From Pseudomonadota bacterium (GTDB taxonomy: Bacteria > Bdellovibrionota_B > Oligoflexia > Oligoflexales > CAIYRB01), in the NCBI GenBank assembly GCA_031416315.1, contig JANOTL010000188.1:1-64000 (forward strand): a stretch of 64,000 bases of DNA. Direction: 5' to 3'. This document shows, piece after piece, positions 39,978 through 49,815 of this stretch. How positions within the stretch are numbered: position 1 is the first letter of the stretch; each line of letters opens with the position of its first letter. The translations under genes were made by a program, and so were the position numbers. The notes below the pieces were generated by a model. It worked only from the letters and a program-made list of their open reading frames with translations. It ran no database searches and had not been told where the DNA came from.

Positions 39978-41530
39978 TGGCGGAAGTGCCGCTCGCCCGT
40001 GAAGACCATCGCGATGCCCGCAGCATTCGCCGCGTCGATTGAGTCCTGATCCCGCTTCGAGCCGCCGGGCTGCACGATCGCGACGACGCCCTGCGCGGCG
40101 GCGAACTCGACGGTGTCGCGGAAGGGGAAGAAGGCGTCGCTCGCGAGCACCGACCCGACTGTGGAGAGCCCGGTCTCGCGCGCCTTCGCGACCGCGATGT
40201 TCGCGGAGTCGATACGGCTCATTTGGCCCGCGCCGATGCCGACGGTCGCGCCGTCCTTGGCGAAGACGATGGCGTTCGACTTCACGTGCTTCGCCACCGC
40301 CATCGCGAACGCGAGATCCGCTAAGACCTTGGCGCTCGGCGCGAGCTTTGTCACGACCTGCCATTCGGCGCGCGGACGTAGGCCGCGGTCTTCCTCTTGC
40401 ATCAACCAAGCGCCACGGACGGAGCGGACCGACCGCTCGCGTGGCAGGTCTTTCAGCCCTGAGGCGGTCGCGAAAGGCGCCAGGATCACCCGGACGTTCG
40501 GCTTCGTCGCCAAGAGCGCGAGCGCGTCGGCGTCATAGTCCGGAGCGGCCACGCACTCGAGAAACAGCGAATTCATAGCCTCCGCAGCTTTGCGGTCGAC
40601 GCGGCGATTGAGCGCGACGATGCCGCCGAACGCCGATTTTGCGTCGCAAGCGAGGGCCGATGCGAACAGCGCGTCGAGTGCCGCGCCCGCCTTGGCGGCG
40701 ACGCCGCAGGGATTCGTGTGCTTGACGATGACGACCGCGGGGTCTTCGAACTCGGCTGCAAGCGCGCTCGCGGCGTCTAAGTCCAGGATGTTGTTGTAGG
40801 AGACTTCTTTACCCTGAAGGATCCTCAGCGCGCCGAATCCGTGCGGCTCGGCGCCTAAGGCGCGGAAAAGCCCCGCCGCCTGGTGCGGGTTCTCGCCGTA
40901 ACGCAGGTCCTGGACCTTTGTCAGCGCCACCGTTTCCGTCGCGACGCCCGCGAGGTACGCCGCGATCATCGCGTCGTACGCCGAAACCGTCGCGAACGTC
41001 TTCGCGGCGAGCCGCTGCCGAAGCTCGCTGCCGATGCCGCCGGCTTCGAGCGCCGCGAGAATCTCCGGATAGTCGCTCGGATCACAGACCGCGGCGACGT
41101 GGGCCCAGTTTTTTGCGGCCGCGCGCAGCATCGCCGGCCCGCCGATGTCGATGTGGTGAATCGCGTCCGTCGCCGAGAGTCCGCGCGCCACGGCCTCGTC
41201 CGCGAAGCGGTAGAGGTTGACGACGACGGCGTCGATCGGCTGGATGCCGTGCATCGCGGCCTCGCTGCGATGTTTTTCGTCGGCGCGGTCGAAGAGGATG
41301 CCGCCGTGCGTCTTCGGATGCAAGGTCTTGACGCGCCCGTCGAGGATCTCCGGGCTTCCCGTGTGCTCGGCGACGTCTTTGACGGCGAGGCCCGCTTCGC
41401 GCAGCGTTTTTGCCGTGCCGCCGGTCGACAAGAGACCGTACCCAGCTTGTGCCAGTCCGCGCGCGAGCTGCACGACGCCGGTCTTGTCGGTGACCGAGAT
41501 CAAGGCCCATCTGCTCATGCTCGCGCTCAT
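39974..41530 (-). CDS. purH: Bifunctional AICAR transformylase/IMP cyclohydrolase
   Basis: GRVKTLHP, LRYGENPHQ, KHVKSNAI, SDAFFPF, RHFRH. Confidence 0.97.
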   Translation of the reverse strand: MSASMSRWALISVTDKTGVVQLARGLAQAGYGLLSTGGTAKTLREAGLAVKDVAEHTGSPEILDGRVKTLHPKTHGGILFDRADEKHRSEAAMHGIQPIDAVVVNLYRFADEAVARGLSATDAIHHIDIGGPAMLRAAAKNWAHVAAVCDPSDYPEILAALEAGGIGSELRQRLAAKTFATVSAYDAMIAAYLAGVATETVALTKVQDLRYGENPHQAAGLFRALGAEPHGFGALRILQGKEVSYNNILDLDAASALAAEFEDPAVVIVKHTNPCGVAAKAGAALDALFASALACDAKSAFGGIVALNRRVDRKAAEAMNSLFLECVAAPDYDADALALLATKPNVRVILAPFATASGLKDLPRERSVRSVRGAWLMQEEDRGLRPRAEWQVVTKLAPSAKVLADLAFAMAVAKHVKSNAIVFAKDGATVGIGAGQMSRIDSANIAVAKARETGLSTVGSVLASDAFFPFRDTVEFAAAQGVVAIVQPGGSKRDQDSIDAANAAGIAMVFTGERHFRH

Positions 41531-41652
41531 GAAGTCTCCTCGGCGTAGGGTGCGCCGGACTTTTAAATCGACTGGCTGGCCAAGGCAAACGCTTAACGCG
41601 ATCCCGCTGTTAGGGTGGAGTCAGAGATCACCACGGAACAGGAGACTCTGCC

Positions 41653-42465
41653 ATGTTGCGCACCACCCAAATCCTCGCGACCCTCGGTCTCACTCTCGGC
41701 CTCGGCGCCTGTGGTGATGGGACTCATTTGGACACCTCGCACACCGCCGAGGGCCACGTTCTGCGTGCCTCGGAGACCATCGTCCTCGACGTGGCGGCCT
41801 CGCCCGCCAACGGTGGCATCAATCCGGACTTCCTCGCCGTTGATGTCACGGGCAGCGCCTACATCGCCGGCAACGCTTGCGCTGCGTCAGGGCTCGATGT
41901 CCGCCTGGTGGAAGAACGCGAAGGCGACACGTTGACGGTCGTCGCGGTCCTTGAGCGCGCTGGCGATGAGCCGATCTGCAACGAGAAATTCGCCCCTGTG
42001 TACAAGGATCTGAAGGCGACGATCCGCTTCCATCGCGACGAAGTCGCCAAGATCGTCGTGAAAAACGTCGACCTCATGGGCCAAAGCGTGAACGTGAGCG
42101 ACTTTCTCGCCCGGCCCGAGCTGATCTTGAAGGATGTCGCGGTCACGGTCGTCGACGGCGGCATCAATCCCGACTCCTTCGCCTACCTCATCAAAGCCTC
42201 CGTCATGGCGGGCGCCAATCCCTGTATGGCCGCCAACGCGAAGATCGACTTCGTCCAGACGCGCATCGGCGAGCGCATCGTCGTCAAAGCCGTCCGAACC
42301 GTCCTCGATCCGGGCGCGATCTGCACGTTGGAGTACAACCCCACCTACCTCGACATCGCTGCCCAGGTCCGGGACCTGCGTTCGGATGTCGAGACGGTCG
42401 TGATCAAGAACGTGGGCGAGCTGGGTCGGAACCTGGCGGCGAGCGACCTGATCGTGGGGCGCTAA
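41653..42465 (+). CDS. Lipoprotein with two tandem disulfide-containing domains
   Basis: Lipobox LGAC. The GGINPD...GN.C...IC..E/K.P.Y...KNV unit occurs twice. Confidence 0.8.
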   Translation: MLRTTQILATLGLTLGLGACGDGTHLDTSHTAEGHVLRASETIVLDVAASPANGGINPDFLAVDVTGSAYIAGNACAASGLDVRLVEEREGDTLTVVAVLERAGDEPICNEKFAPVYKDLKATIRFHRDEVAKIVVKNVDLMGQSVNVSDFLARPELILKDVAVTVVDGGINPDSFAYLIKASVMAGANPCMAANAKIDFVQTRIGERIVVKAVRTVLDPGAICTLEYNPTYLDIAAQVRDLRSDVETVVIKNVGELGRNLAASDLIVGR

Positions 42466-43735
42466 GGCTTGCGAGGTGCTTTTTCAGCACCTGCTCGGTT
42501 CCCGCTTCGCTCGGCTCGTAGTAGACGGCATTTTTAAGCTCCGGCGGCAGGTAGATGAGCTTCGCCGCTGCCGCCGGATCGTCGTGGGCATAGACGTAGC
42601 CCTCGCCAAAGCCGACCTCTTTCATCAATTGCGTCGGCGCATTGCGCAGAAACATCGGCACCTCGAGGGAGCCGGTGGCGCGCACGTCCTCGAGCGCCTT
42701 GTCGATCGCAAGGTAGGCGCGATTGCTCTTCGGTGAGGCGGCCAGGTAAGTCGTCGCCTGCGCGAGCGGAATGCGTGCCTCCGGCATTCCGACCAGGTGC
42801 GCCGCCTGCATCGCCGCTTGCGCCACCAAAAGCGCCGTCGGATTCGCGTTGCCGATGTCCTCGCTCGCCGCGATCACGAGGCGGCGCGCGACGAAGATCG
42901 GGTCCTCGCCGCTCTCCAGCATGCGTGCGAGGTAGTAGATCGCGGCGTCCGGCTGACTGGCACGAATTGATTTGATGAACGCCGAGATCACGTCGTAGTG
43001 CAGGTCGCCCTGCTTGTCGTACTGCAGGTTCAACGAGCCAGCCACCGACGCGAGCGCCGCACGGGTCAAAGGCTTCCCCGGAGCCGTCACGGCAAGGGCG
43101 GCGTCGAGCAAATTGAGCGAGCGCCTGGCATCGCCGTCGGCGCTGCGCGCGAGCGCTGCCAGGACCTCGTCGTCGACGACCGGCTCAGTCGGGTCGGCGG
43201 CGATCGCGCGCCGCAGGATCTCGATCAAAGCCTCGTCGGTGAGCCGCTCGAAGCGAAACACCAGGGTTCGCGAGAGGATCGCCCGGTTGACCTCGAAGGA
43301 GGGGTTCTCGGTCGTCGCCCCGATGAATTTTACCGATCCTGACTCCAGCGCCGGCAGGAGCACGTCCTGCTGGCTCTTGCTCAGCCGATGGATCTCGTCC
43401 ATGAACATCAAGCTCGCCTTGGCCCCTTGAGCCTGGCGGTCCTGCGATTCCTCGATGACCCGGCGGATGTCCTTCACGCCGTGGAGGACCGCCGACAGCG
43501 CCTCGACCTTGCGCCCCGAGCTCTTGCCGATGACCTGAGCCAGGCTCGTCTTTCCGGTCCCGGGCGGCCCCCAGAAGAGGAGGGCGTGAAACCGGTCGGC
43601 CGCCACCAATTCCCGAAGCGGGGCGCCGACTTCCCAGATCTTCTGCCCGGTCAGGTCCTCCGGCCGAACCGGCCGCATCCGCTCGGCGAGCGGGGCGTCG
43701 GGGCGCGCATCTTGCGGCGATCCACTCGTTTCCAT
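42404..43735 (-). CDS. rarA: Replication-associated recombination protein A
   Basis: PLAERMRP, WGPPGTGKT, DEIHR, GATTENP, HYDVISAFIKS. Confidence 0.95.
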   Translation of the reverse strand: METSGSPQDARPDAPLAERMRPVRPEDLTGQKIWEVGAPLRELVAADRFHALLFWGPPGTGKTSLAQVIGKSSGRKVEALSAVLHGVKDIRRVIEESQDRQAQGAKASLMFMDEIHRLSKSQQDVLLPALESGSVKFIGATTENPSFEVNRAILSRTLVFRFERLTDEALIEILRRAIAADPTEPVVDDEVLAALARSADGDARRSLNLLDAALAVTAPGKPLTRAALASVAGSLNLQYDKQGDLHYDVISAFIKSIRASQPDAAIYYLARMLESGEDPIFVARRLVIAASEDIGNANPTALLVAQAAMQAAHLVGMPEARIPLAQATTYLAASPKSNRAYLAIDKALEDVRATGSLEVPMFLRNAPTQLMKEVGFGEGYVYAHDDPAAAAKLIYLPPELKNAVYYEPSEAGTEQVLKKHLASLSAPRSGRSPPGSDPARPRS

Positions 43736-43849
43736 TGGCTTCCCTCCCGGTCCTGGCGATCGGTCCTAGGCCACGATTCACCGGGAAATTAAGGACCAGG
43801 AACATAACGCCGATAAGCAAAACATGCCTAGACGAAAAAGGGCCGGATC

Positions 43850-44161
43850 ATGAAGCTCCAGATGACGCTCGGCGAGTACATCAAGCTGCTGCGGCCGTAC
43901 TCCAATTCCCCGGTGTCGCTGAACCGGCTGACCCTGCCGTTCGGGATCATCTCCAACTCCCTGGAATCCAACGCGCTCCTGATGGGGCACGTGCTGGACG
44001 ACTTGGCCTCGCGCTTTCCGCACGAGCAGACGGTCGACTGCATCGACGTCGTCGCCACGGCCTATGAGCTCGGTCACGAGCCGGCCGGCGACTTCCTCGA
44101 CGAAGCACCGTACATCATGTCCCGCATGGCCGGCGGCGTCGCTGGCAGCCGGGCTCATTGA
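43850..44161 (+). CDS. Small hypothetical protein
   Basis: 103-aa ORF with backbone codon usage. Confidence 0.6.
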   Translation: MKLQMTLGEYIKLLRPYSNSPVSLNRLTLPFGIISNSLESNALLMGHVLDDLASRFPHEQTVDCIDVVATAYELGHEPAGDFLDEAPYIMSRMAGGVAGSRAH

Positions 44162-47100
44162 AGATAAGGATCGGGGCTCGCGTCGGACGTGCCGAGCTTT
44201 GTCTCCTCGACCACGTAGAGTCCGTCGCCGTCCGCATCGGTCAGACCGGCAAGGACTCGCGCCTGATCGGCCGGCAGGCTTGCCGTGCCGAAGACGTAGC
44301 TCGCGAAGAGCTCAGTCAACAACTGAGCCTCAGCCGGCGCATATCCCTTTAAGACGCTCAGCAATCTTTCCGCGCTCGGCACCTCGTTCGCATAGAGCGA
44401 CATGGCCCGCGCCATCGCCTCCGTGCCAACGAGCGCGTCCAGCTCGAGCGCGAAGAGGAGCGAGCGCACCGAGCCGGTCGAATCGAGCGTCGAGAAATCC
44501 CAGCGCGACAGCACCGTATCTTGCCCGTAAAAATCAGCGCATACGGGATCCTCACCCAGGTAGCACTTGAGGTCCTCGAGCCGGCCTGCGTGGAATGCGT
44601 GGACCTCGCGACTCGGGTACATGCGGTACAATGCCGCCGACGTCAGCCATTGGATGAACATTTCCTGCACCCAGTAAGGCGCGCTCCCCTGATTTTCCAG
44701 CAGGTCGGCGACGACGAGGCGAGCGAGCTGCTCGACCACGAGGTAGTCGATCGTCGCGTCGCTGACCGCGCGGTCGATCGTCAGGTAAGCGCCGGCAAAG
44801 GCGTTCGCAGCGGCATCGGTGGCACCTCCGTCCCGGAGCTTCACCCGGAGCGGCCAATGGTGCCGCTCGAACAAGGGCCGAGCCAAAACCGTCTCGAACT
44901 GAACGATCGCGGTCGCGGCCAGCTTCAGAATCGCCTCGCGACGCGGCGCGCTCACGCCTTCGCTCGTCAGATCGACCGCATGCGGTCCGAGCCCGAACGC
45001 ATCAGGCACCATCGCACGTCGCACCGTGTTCGTCAGGTCGACGCACGGTCCGCGATCTGTGACCTGCACGTTCGCCTCGAGAGTCAGCTCCGACGAGAGG
45101 CAAGCCTGGTGAACGCCGCTGGTCGCGAGCCAGTCCTCGAGGAGGGCGCGATCGAGTCGGACGACGATCTGATCTTTGGAGTAGGTGACCGTGACGCCTT
45201 TGTCGAGCCGCGTCGCGGTCTCGGTTTCACCCACCAGCGTCGAGAAATAGGGCTCGCCGCTCGCGAGCACGAAGGCGTGATGACGCTTTAGGATCGGAGA
45301 CGAAGTCACCCAGTCGATCGACTGAAAGATCGCCTGATAGGTGCCGTCGCTTCCATAAAGGTCGGGTGCGGCGCGCGTCTCGAAGACGATGGTCACGGCG
45401 CTCGCCTCGACGGTCGCGCGAGCCGACGTGAGGTCGTAGGGTGAAAGCTCGCGCGGCAAGTCGTCGGCAACGTCGGGCGCGGAGGAGTAGGGGAGGGCCG
45501 GCAGAGTGATGGCCGGGCTGAAGGTGATGGTCTGGCGCGGCGCTGGTGGCAAGATGGCGACCGTCGGCGCAGGCGTCGGCACGAGAGCGCCCCCGACGTA
45601 AAGGCCTCTCGTGGCAGACGTCACCGCCGACGACGAGTCCCGAAGCTTCCCCTGCAATCTTACCGTGAAGGGTGGGCGCAGCGCTTTTGGTAAGGCGTAT
45701 GGCTGCTCCGGCGTCGCGGCGAACGGATCGAGCGACCAAGTCCAGCTCGCCTCGGGATCGCCGGCCAGCCGGAAGAACGCGGACGTATCCGTCGAGGCGC
45801 CGAAATTCGACGCCAACTCCGGCTCGGCTCGGCCGCGCAATGCACCCTCGGGATCGAGGCGGGAGGCGAGCGGATCCTGGCCGCGGAAAAACTCCTCCGA
45901 GTCCAGATCCCCGTCACCGTCCGTGTCGCGCTTTGCCGGATCGGTGCCGATAGCGCGCTCGTCGAGGAGCGAAAGATCGTCGGCGTCAGAGTCTCCGAAC
46001 AGCGCGCGCGGGTCGTAGGCCGGCTCCGGCGTGCCCGGAAAAACCCAGTGCTTGAAGACCGGTCCTAGGTCCTTGCCGGACTCGCGCTCCAGGAACCTTT
46101 GGAAGACGAGGCTCCCCATCTCGACGTTCACGCCGAGCTGAAACGCTTTGACGAGCGCGCCCTGTCCGACGATCGTCTCTAGCATGTCGAAGAACATCAG
46201 GCTTTTCTCGTAGCCGGCGCGCGCCACCTCGCCGCCCCAGGTATCGAGCGCGAAATCGTCGAGCTCGCCGCCGAGGGTGTCGAAGTAGCGGTCGAAGCGG
46301 ATCTTCCGGAGATACTTGTGCACGGCGCGACGCGGGAAGTGCCGGTAGAGCACGCGCTCTGAAGACCACTCCGACATGCCCTCCTGCAGCCACCGCGCCG
46401 TGATCTTCGAGGCGCGGGCATTCTGAAAATGCGCCAGCTCGTGGGCCAAGAGCTGGACGCGGCTCATCAAGCTCGTGTTTTGACCGATCGTCGTCAGCAT
46501 GCCGCGATCGGTCGTGTTGAGGCCGGCATAGCCATTCTCTTCCTTGTCGACGAAGTAGAGGGGGAACGTGCCGCGCTCGTAGAAGGGGATTTGGTTCACC
46601 GCCTCGAGCTCTCGGACCAAAGGCTCGGCCAGAGCCAGATAGCTCGAAGCGAGGCTCGCGTCGCCGAGGTCGCCGGCGACGGGCTGCAGGAAGGTCAGAT
46701 CGATCGCGGCATTCGGCGCCGCCGCCTTCTGCCGGACGAGGGTAAAGCGCGAGCGCAAGAAGACGGGTTGCATGCGGTCCGAGAGGGTGTAGCTCGGCCC
46801 GCGCTCCGACGTGTAGGTTCGGGCCGTGAGCTCGACGGCGTCGGCTTCGAGTAGGGGGAGATCGGACCTCAGGAGCTTCAGCTCGACCCCGGAGACGCCG
46901 AAAGCGGCGACGCTACCGGCCGAGAGCGCCACCTCCTCGCCGCTCTTTGGCGCATAGAGCCGCAACTTCCCGCCATCGATCTCCGCGCGGTAGCGGAACT
47001 CGGCGCCCGTCCCGAACGAGCTCAGCCCGATGTTGGAGGGGCCGACCTCGAACCCGTAGACCACGCCATCGGCGACCTTCGGCGTCTCACGAAGCGCCCA

Positions 47101-47787
47101 CGCTACGAAAAGCGCCTCTTCGGTCTCACCCACTTCGCTCCAGGCGATGTCGAGGTAGCCTTTGCCCGCCGTAACGTCGTAGATGCCGTCGCGCGTCCGC
47201 AGGCGTCCGGCCCCGGTCCACTCGTCGAGCTCTCCGTCGACGACCGGCGACCCGTTCGAGCGCTCGGCGGCGCCGAGCGAGGGCAACGACTCCGCCTCGA
47301 CGAGGACCCTGTAAGGCACGAAGGGGGAGCCGTCCCCGAACAAGCGCTCCGCCACGACCGCGGCGGCGGGCGCATACGCCGAAGGATCGAGGCTATAAGC
47401 GAAGCTCCGCACGGGTCCGCGCGCACCGTCCTTGTCCACGATCGCGGTCAGCACGAACGGCGGCCGCAGATCCAGCGGACTCTGGTAGAGCGTCAGCTCC
47501 GCTTCCGCGGTGTCCGCCGCGAACGCGTGCAGCGCGTAGAGAATTTTGGCCCCGGGCTCGGCCAGGAGCTCGAGGAGCACGTGACCGCGCATCGGCCCCG
47601 GCGCGACCGTCGCCAGCACGTCGCGTGAGCCGAGCCCGACGGCGGAGAGAAGGGGAGGGTGCGCAAGCTCCTCAGGTAAGCTCGCACGACTCGGCGGTAG
47701 GCCCGTGCGGACGTCCGTCGGTCCGCAGGCGGCGGCCAGCGTAAGTCCGAGGATGACCAGAGGCTTTTCGAGGCGTAGAAATAGCAT
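44155..47787 (-). CDS. Large lipoprotein gluzincin metallopeptidase with internal duplication and DxDxDG repeats
   Basis: Lipobox AAAC, LLAHELAH...WLQEG zinc motif, DTDGDG Ca-binding-like repeats. Confidence 0.8.
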   Translation of the reverse strand: MLFLRLEKPLVILGLTLAAACGPTDVRTGLPPSRASLPEELAHPPLLSAVGLGSRDVLATVAPGPMRGHVLLELLAEPGAKILYALHAFAADTAEAELTLYQSPLDLRPPFVLTAIVDKDGARGPVRSFAYSLDPSAYAPAAAVVAERLFGDGSPFVPYRVLVEAESLPSLGAAERSNGSPVVDGELDEWTGAGRLRTRDGIYDVTAGKGYLDIAWSEVGETEEALFVAWALRETPKVADGVVYGFEVGPSNIGLSSFGTGAEFRYRAEIDGGKLRLYAPKSGEEVALSAGSVAAFGVSGVELKLLRSDLPLLEADAVELTARTYTSERGPSYTLSDRMQPVFLRSRFTLVRQKAAAPNAAIDLTFLQPVAGDLGDASLASSYLALAEPLVRELEAVNQIPFYERGTFPLYFVDKEENGYAGLNTTDRGMLTTIGQNTSLMSRVQLLAHELAHFQNARASKITARWLQEGMSEWSSERVLYRHFPRRAVHKYLRKIRFDRYFDTLGGELDDFALDTWGGEVARAGYEKSLMFFDMLETIVGQGALVKAFQLGVNVEMGSLVFQRFLERESGKDLGPVFKHWVFPGTPEPAYDPRALFGDSDADDLSLLDERAIGTDPAKRDTDGDGDLDSEEFFRGQDPLASRLDPEGALRGRAEPELASNFGASTDTSAFFRLAGDPEASWTWSLDPFAATPEQPYALPKALRPPFTVRLQGKLRDSSSAVTSATRGLYVGGALVPTPAPTVAILPPAPRQTITFSPAITLPALPYSSAPDVADDLPRELSPYDLTSARATVEASAVTIVFETRAAPDLYGSDGTYQAIFQSIDWVTSSPILKRHHAFVLASGEPYFSTLVGETETATRLDKGVTVTYSKDQIVVRLDRALLEDWLATSGVHQACLSSELTLEANVQVTDRGPCVDLTNTVRRAMVPDAFGLGPHAVDLTSEGVSAPRREAILKLAATAIVQFETVLARPLFERHHWPLRVKLRDGGATDAAANAFAGAYLTIDRAVSDATIDYLVVEQLARLVVADLLENQGSAPYWVQEMFIQWLTSAALYRMYPSREVHAFHAGRLEDLKCYLGEDPVCADFYGQDTVLSRWDFSTLDSTGSVRSLLFALELDALVGTEAMARAMSLYANEVPSAERLLSVLKGYAPAEAQLLTELFASYVFGTASLPADQARVLAGLTDADGDGLYVVEETKLGTSDASPDPYLQ

Positions 47788-47862
47788 GAGCTAGCCTGCA
47801 TTTTCTGTTACAAACGTCCGATCTCTTTGCCTATTTCCGCAAACCCAGCCTGAGGTGCTCCC

Positions 47863-49815
47863 ATGTCCGCTGCGAAAGAAGTCACCGTTAGCCTTCCTGA
47901 TGGCTCGAAGCGTCAGTATCCGGCAGGGACAAGCTTCGGCGACGTGGCCCTGAGCATCGGCCCCGGCTTGGCCCGTGCAGCCTTGGGCGCCATTGTCGAC
48001 GGCGACGATGGCAAAGAAGATCTGAAAGATATGATGCAGCCTCTCGAGCGCGATACGAAGCTGAAATTCGTGACCGCGAAGGACCCGAAGTCGGTCGAGA
48101 TCGTGCGCCACACCGCGGCCCACGTTCTGGCGATGGCCGTGCAGAAGCTTTGGCCCGGAACTCAGGTCACGATCGGCCCCGTGATCGAGGCCGGCTTCTT
48201 CTACGACTTCGCCTTTCCGGAAGGCGTGAAGATCAATGAAGGCGACTTCGAGAAGATCGAGGCCGAGATGGCCGCGATCATCAAGGCCGACGTGCCGCTC
48301 AAGCGCGACCTTGTATCGCGCGCCGATGCGATCTCCACCTTCAAGGGCCTCAAAGAGGCGTTCAAGGTCGAGATCATCCAGGACCTGCCGGAGTCCGCGC
48401 CGATCTCCCTCTACAAGATGGGCGACTGGTTCGATCTCTGCCGTGGCCCGCACGTCCCGTCGACCGGGAAAATTGGCGCCATCAAACTGACCTCAGTCGC
48501 CGGCGCCTATTGGCGCGGAGACGAGAAAAACCCAATGTTGACGCGAATTTATGGCGTCGCCTTCAACAACAAGAAGGAGCTCGAGGAGCACATGACCAAG
48601 CTGGAGGAAGCGCGCAAGCGCGACCACCGGGTCTTGGGCAAGCAGCTCGGCCTCTTCAGCTTCCACAAGGAAGCGCCGGCAAACGCCTTCTTCCATCCGA
48701 ACGGCGCCTTCCTCTATCAGTCGCTGATGTCTTTCATGCGCAAATCGAACCGCGAATTCAACTACGAGGAAGTGAACACGCCCCTGATGATGAACGTGGA
48801 GCTCTGGCACAAGTCGGGCCACTACGAGAACTACCGCGAGAACATGTACTTCACGAAGGTCGACGACACCGACGCTGCGATCAAGCCGATGAACTGCCCC
48901 GGGCATTGCCTCGTGTACGCGACCACGCGCCACAGCTACCGCGAACTCCCGTTGCGCCTGAGCGAGTTCGGCCGCGTGCATCGCCACGAGCGGAGCGGCG
49001 TGACGCACGGTCTCTTCCGCGTCCGCACCTTCGTTCAGGACGACGCGCACATCTTCTGCACGCCTGAGCAGATCGGGGACGAGATCGCGCAAGTCCTGAA
49101 GCAGATCGACGGCGTCTACTCCGCGCTCGGCTTCGGCCGCTACCGCATGGAGCTCTCGACGCGCCCGGCGAAATCCATCGGCAGCGACGAGATGTGGGCC
49201 GCTGCGGAGGAGGCGCTGAAGAAGGCGCTCGACGCCAGCGGCAAGGAATACCGGCTCAACCCGGGCGACGGCGCCTTCTACGGCCCGAAGATCGACTTCC
49301 ACCTGATCGACGCCATCGACCGCAGCTGGCAGTGCGGCACCGTGCAGCTCGACTTCTCGATGCCCGGCCGCTTCGATCTCGAGTACCAGGGCGGCGACGA
49401 CAAGGCGCACACGCCGGTGATGATCCACCGCGCCGTACTCGGCAGCCTCGAGCGTTTCCTCGGCATCTTCATCGAGCACTACGCCGGCCACTTCCCGCTG
49501 TGGATCGCGCCGACGCAGGTGCGCGTGATCAACGTCGCGAAGGACCAAGAGGAATACGCCAAAGGCGTCGTCAAAGCCATGAAGGACGCGGGGATGCGCG
49601 CCGAGGGCGATCACCGCAACGAGACGCTCAACTACAGGATCCGCGACGCGCAGCTCGCCAAGATTCCGTACATGATCGTCATCGGCGACAAAGAGAAGCA
49701 GGCCGGCACGGTCAGCGCTCGTCACCACGACGGCCAGCAGCTCCCGGCCCAGGCGACCGCCGACTTCATTAACTTCGTCCGCAACGACTGCGGCGCGCAG
49801 TGGGGCCTGAATTGA
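47863..49815 (+). CDS. thrS: Threonyl-tRNA synthetase
   Basis: TGS domain, [33 protein letters not shown]. Confidence 0.98.
   Translation: MSAAKEVTVSLPDGSKRQYPAGTSFGDVALSIGPGLARAALGAIVDGDDGKEDLKDMMQPLERDTKLKFVTAKDPKSVEIVRHTAAHVLAMAVQKLWPGTQVTIGPVIEAGFFYDFAFPEGVKINEGDFEKIEAEMAAIIKADVPLKRDLVSRADAISTFKGLKEAFKVEIIQDLPESAPISLYKMGDWFDLCRGPHVPSTGKIGAIKLTSVAGAYWRGDEKNPMLTRIYGVAFNNKKELEEHMTKLEEARKRDHRVLGKQLGLFSFHKEAPANAFFHPNGAFLYQSLMSFMRKSNREFNYEEVNTPLMMNVELWHKSGHYENYRENMYFTKVDDTDAAIKPMNCPGHCLVYATTRHSYRELPLRLSEFGRVHRHERSGVTHGLFRVRTFVQDDAHIFCTPEQIGDEIAQVLKQIDGVYSALGFGRYRMELSTRPAKSIGSDEMWAAAEEALKKALDASGKEYRLNPGDGAFYGPKIDFHLIDAIDRSWQCGTVQLDFSMPGRFDLEYQGGDDKAHTPVMIHRAVLGSLERFLGIFIEHYAGHFPLWIAPTQVRVINVAKDQEEYAKGVVKAMKDAGMRAEGDHRNETLNYRIRDAQLAKIPYMIVIGDKEKQAGTVSARHHDGQQLPAQATADFINFVRNDCGAQWGLN

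Noticed and set aside
42404..42465. 62-bp convergent overlap of rarA and the lipoprotein as a regulatory feature
   Set aside because: The rarA tail in the overlap is non-conserved; such overlaps are common in GC-rich genomes.
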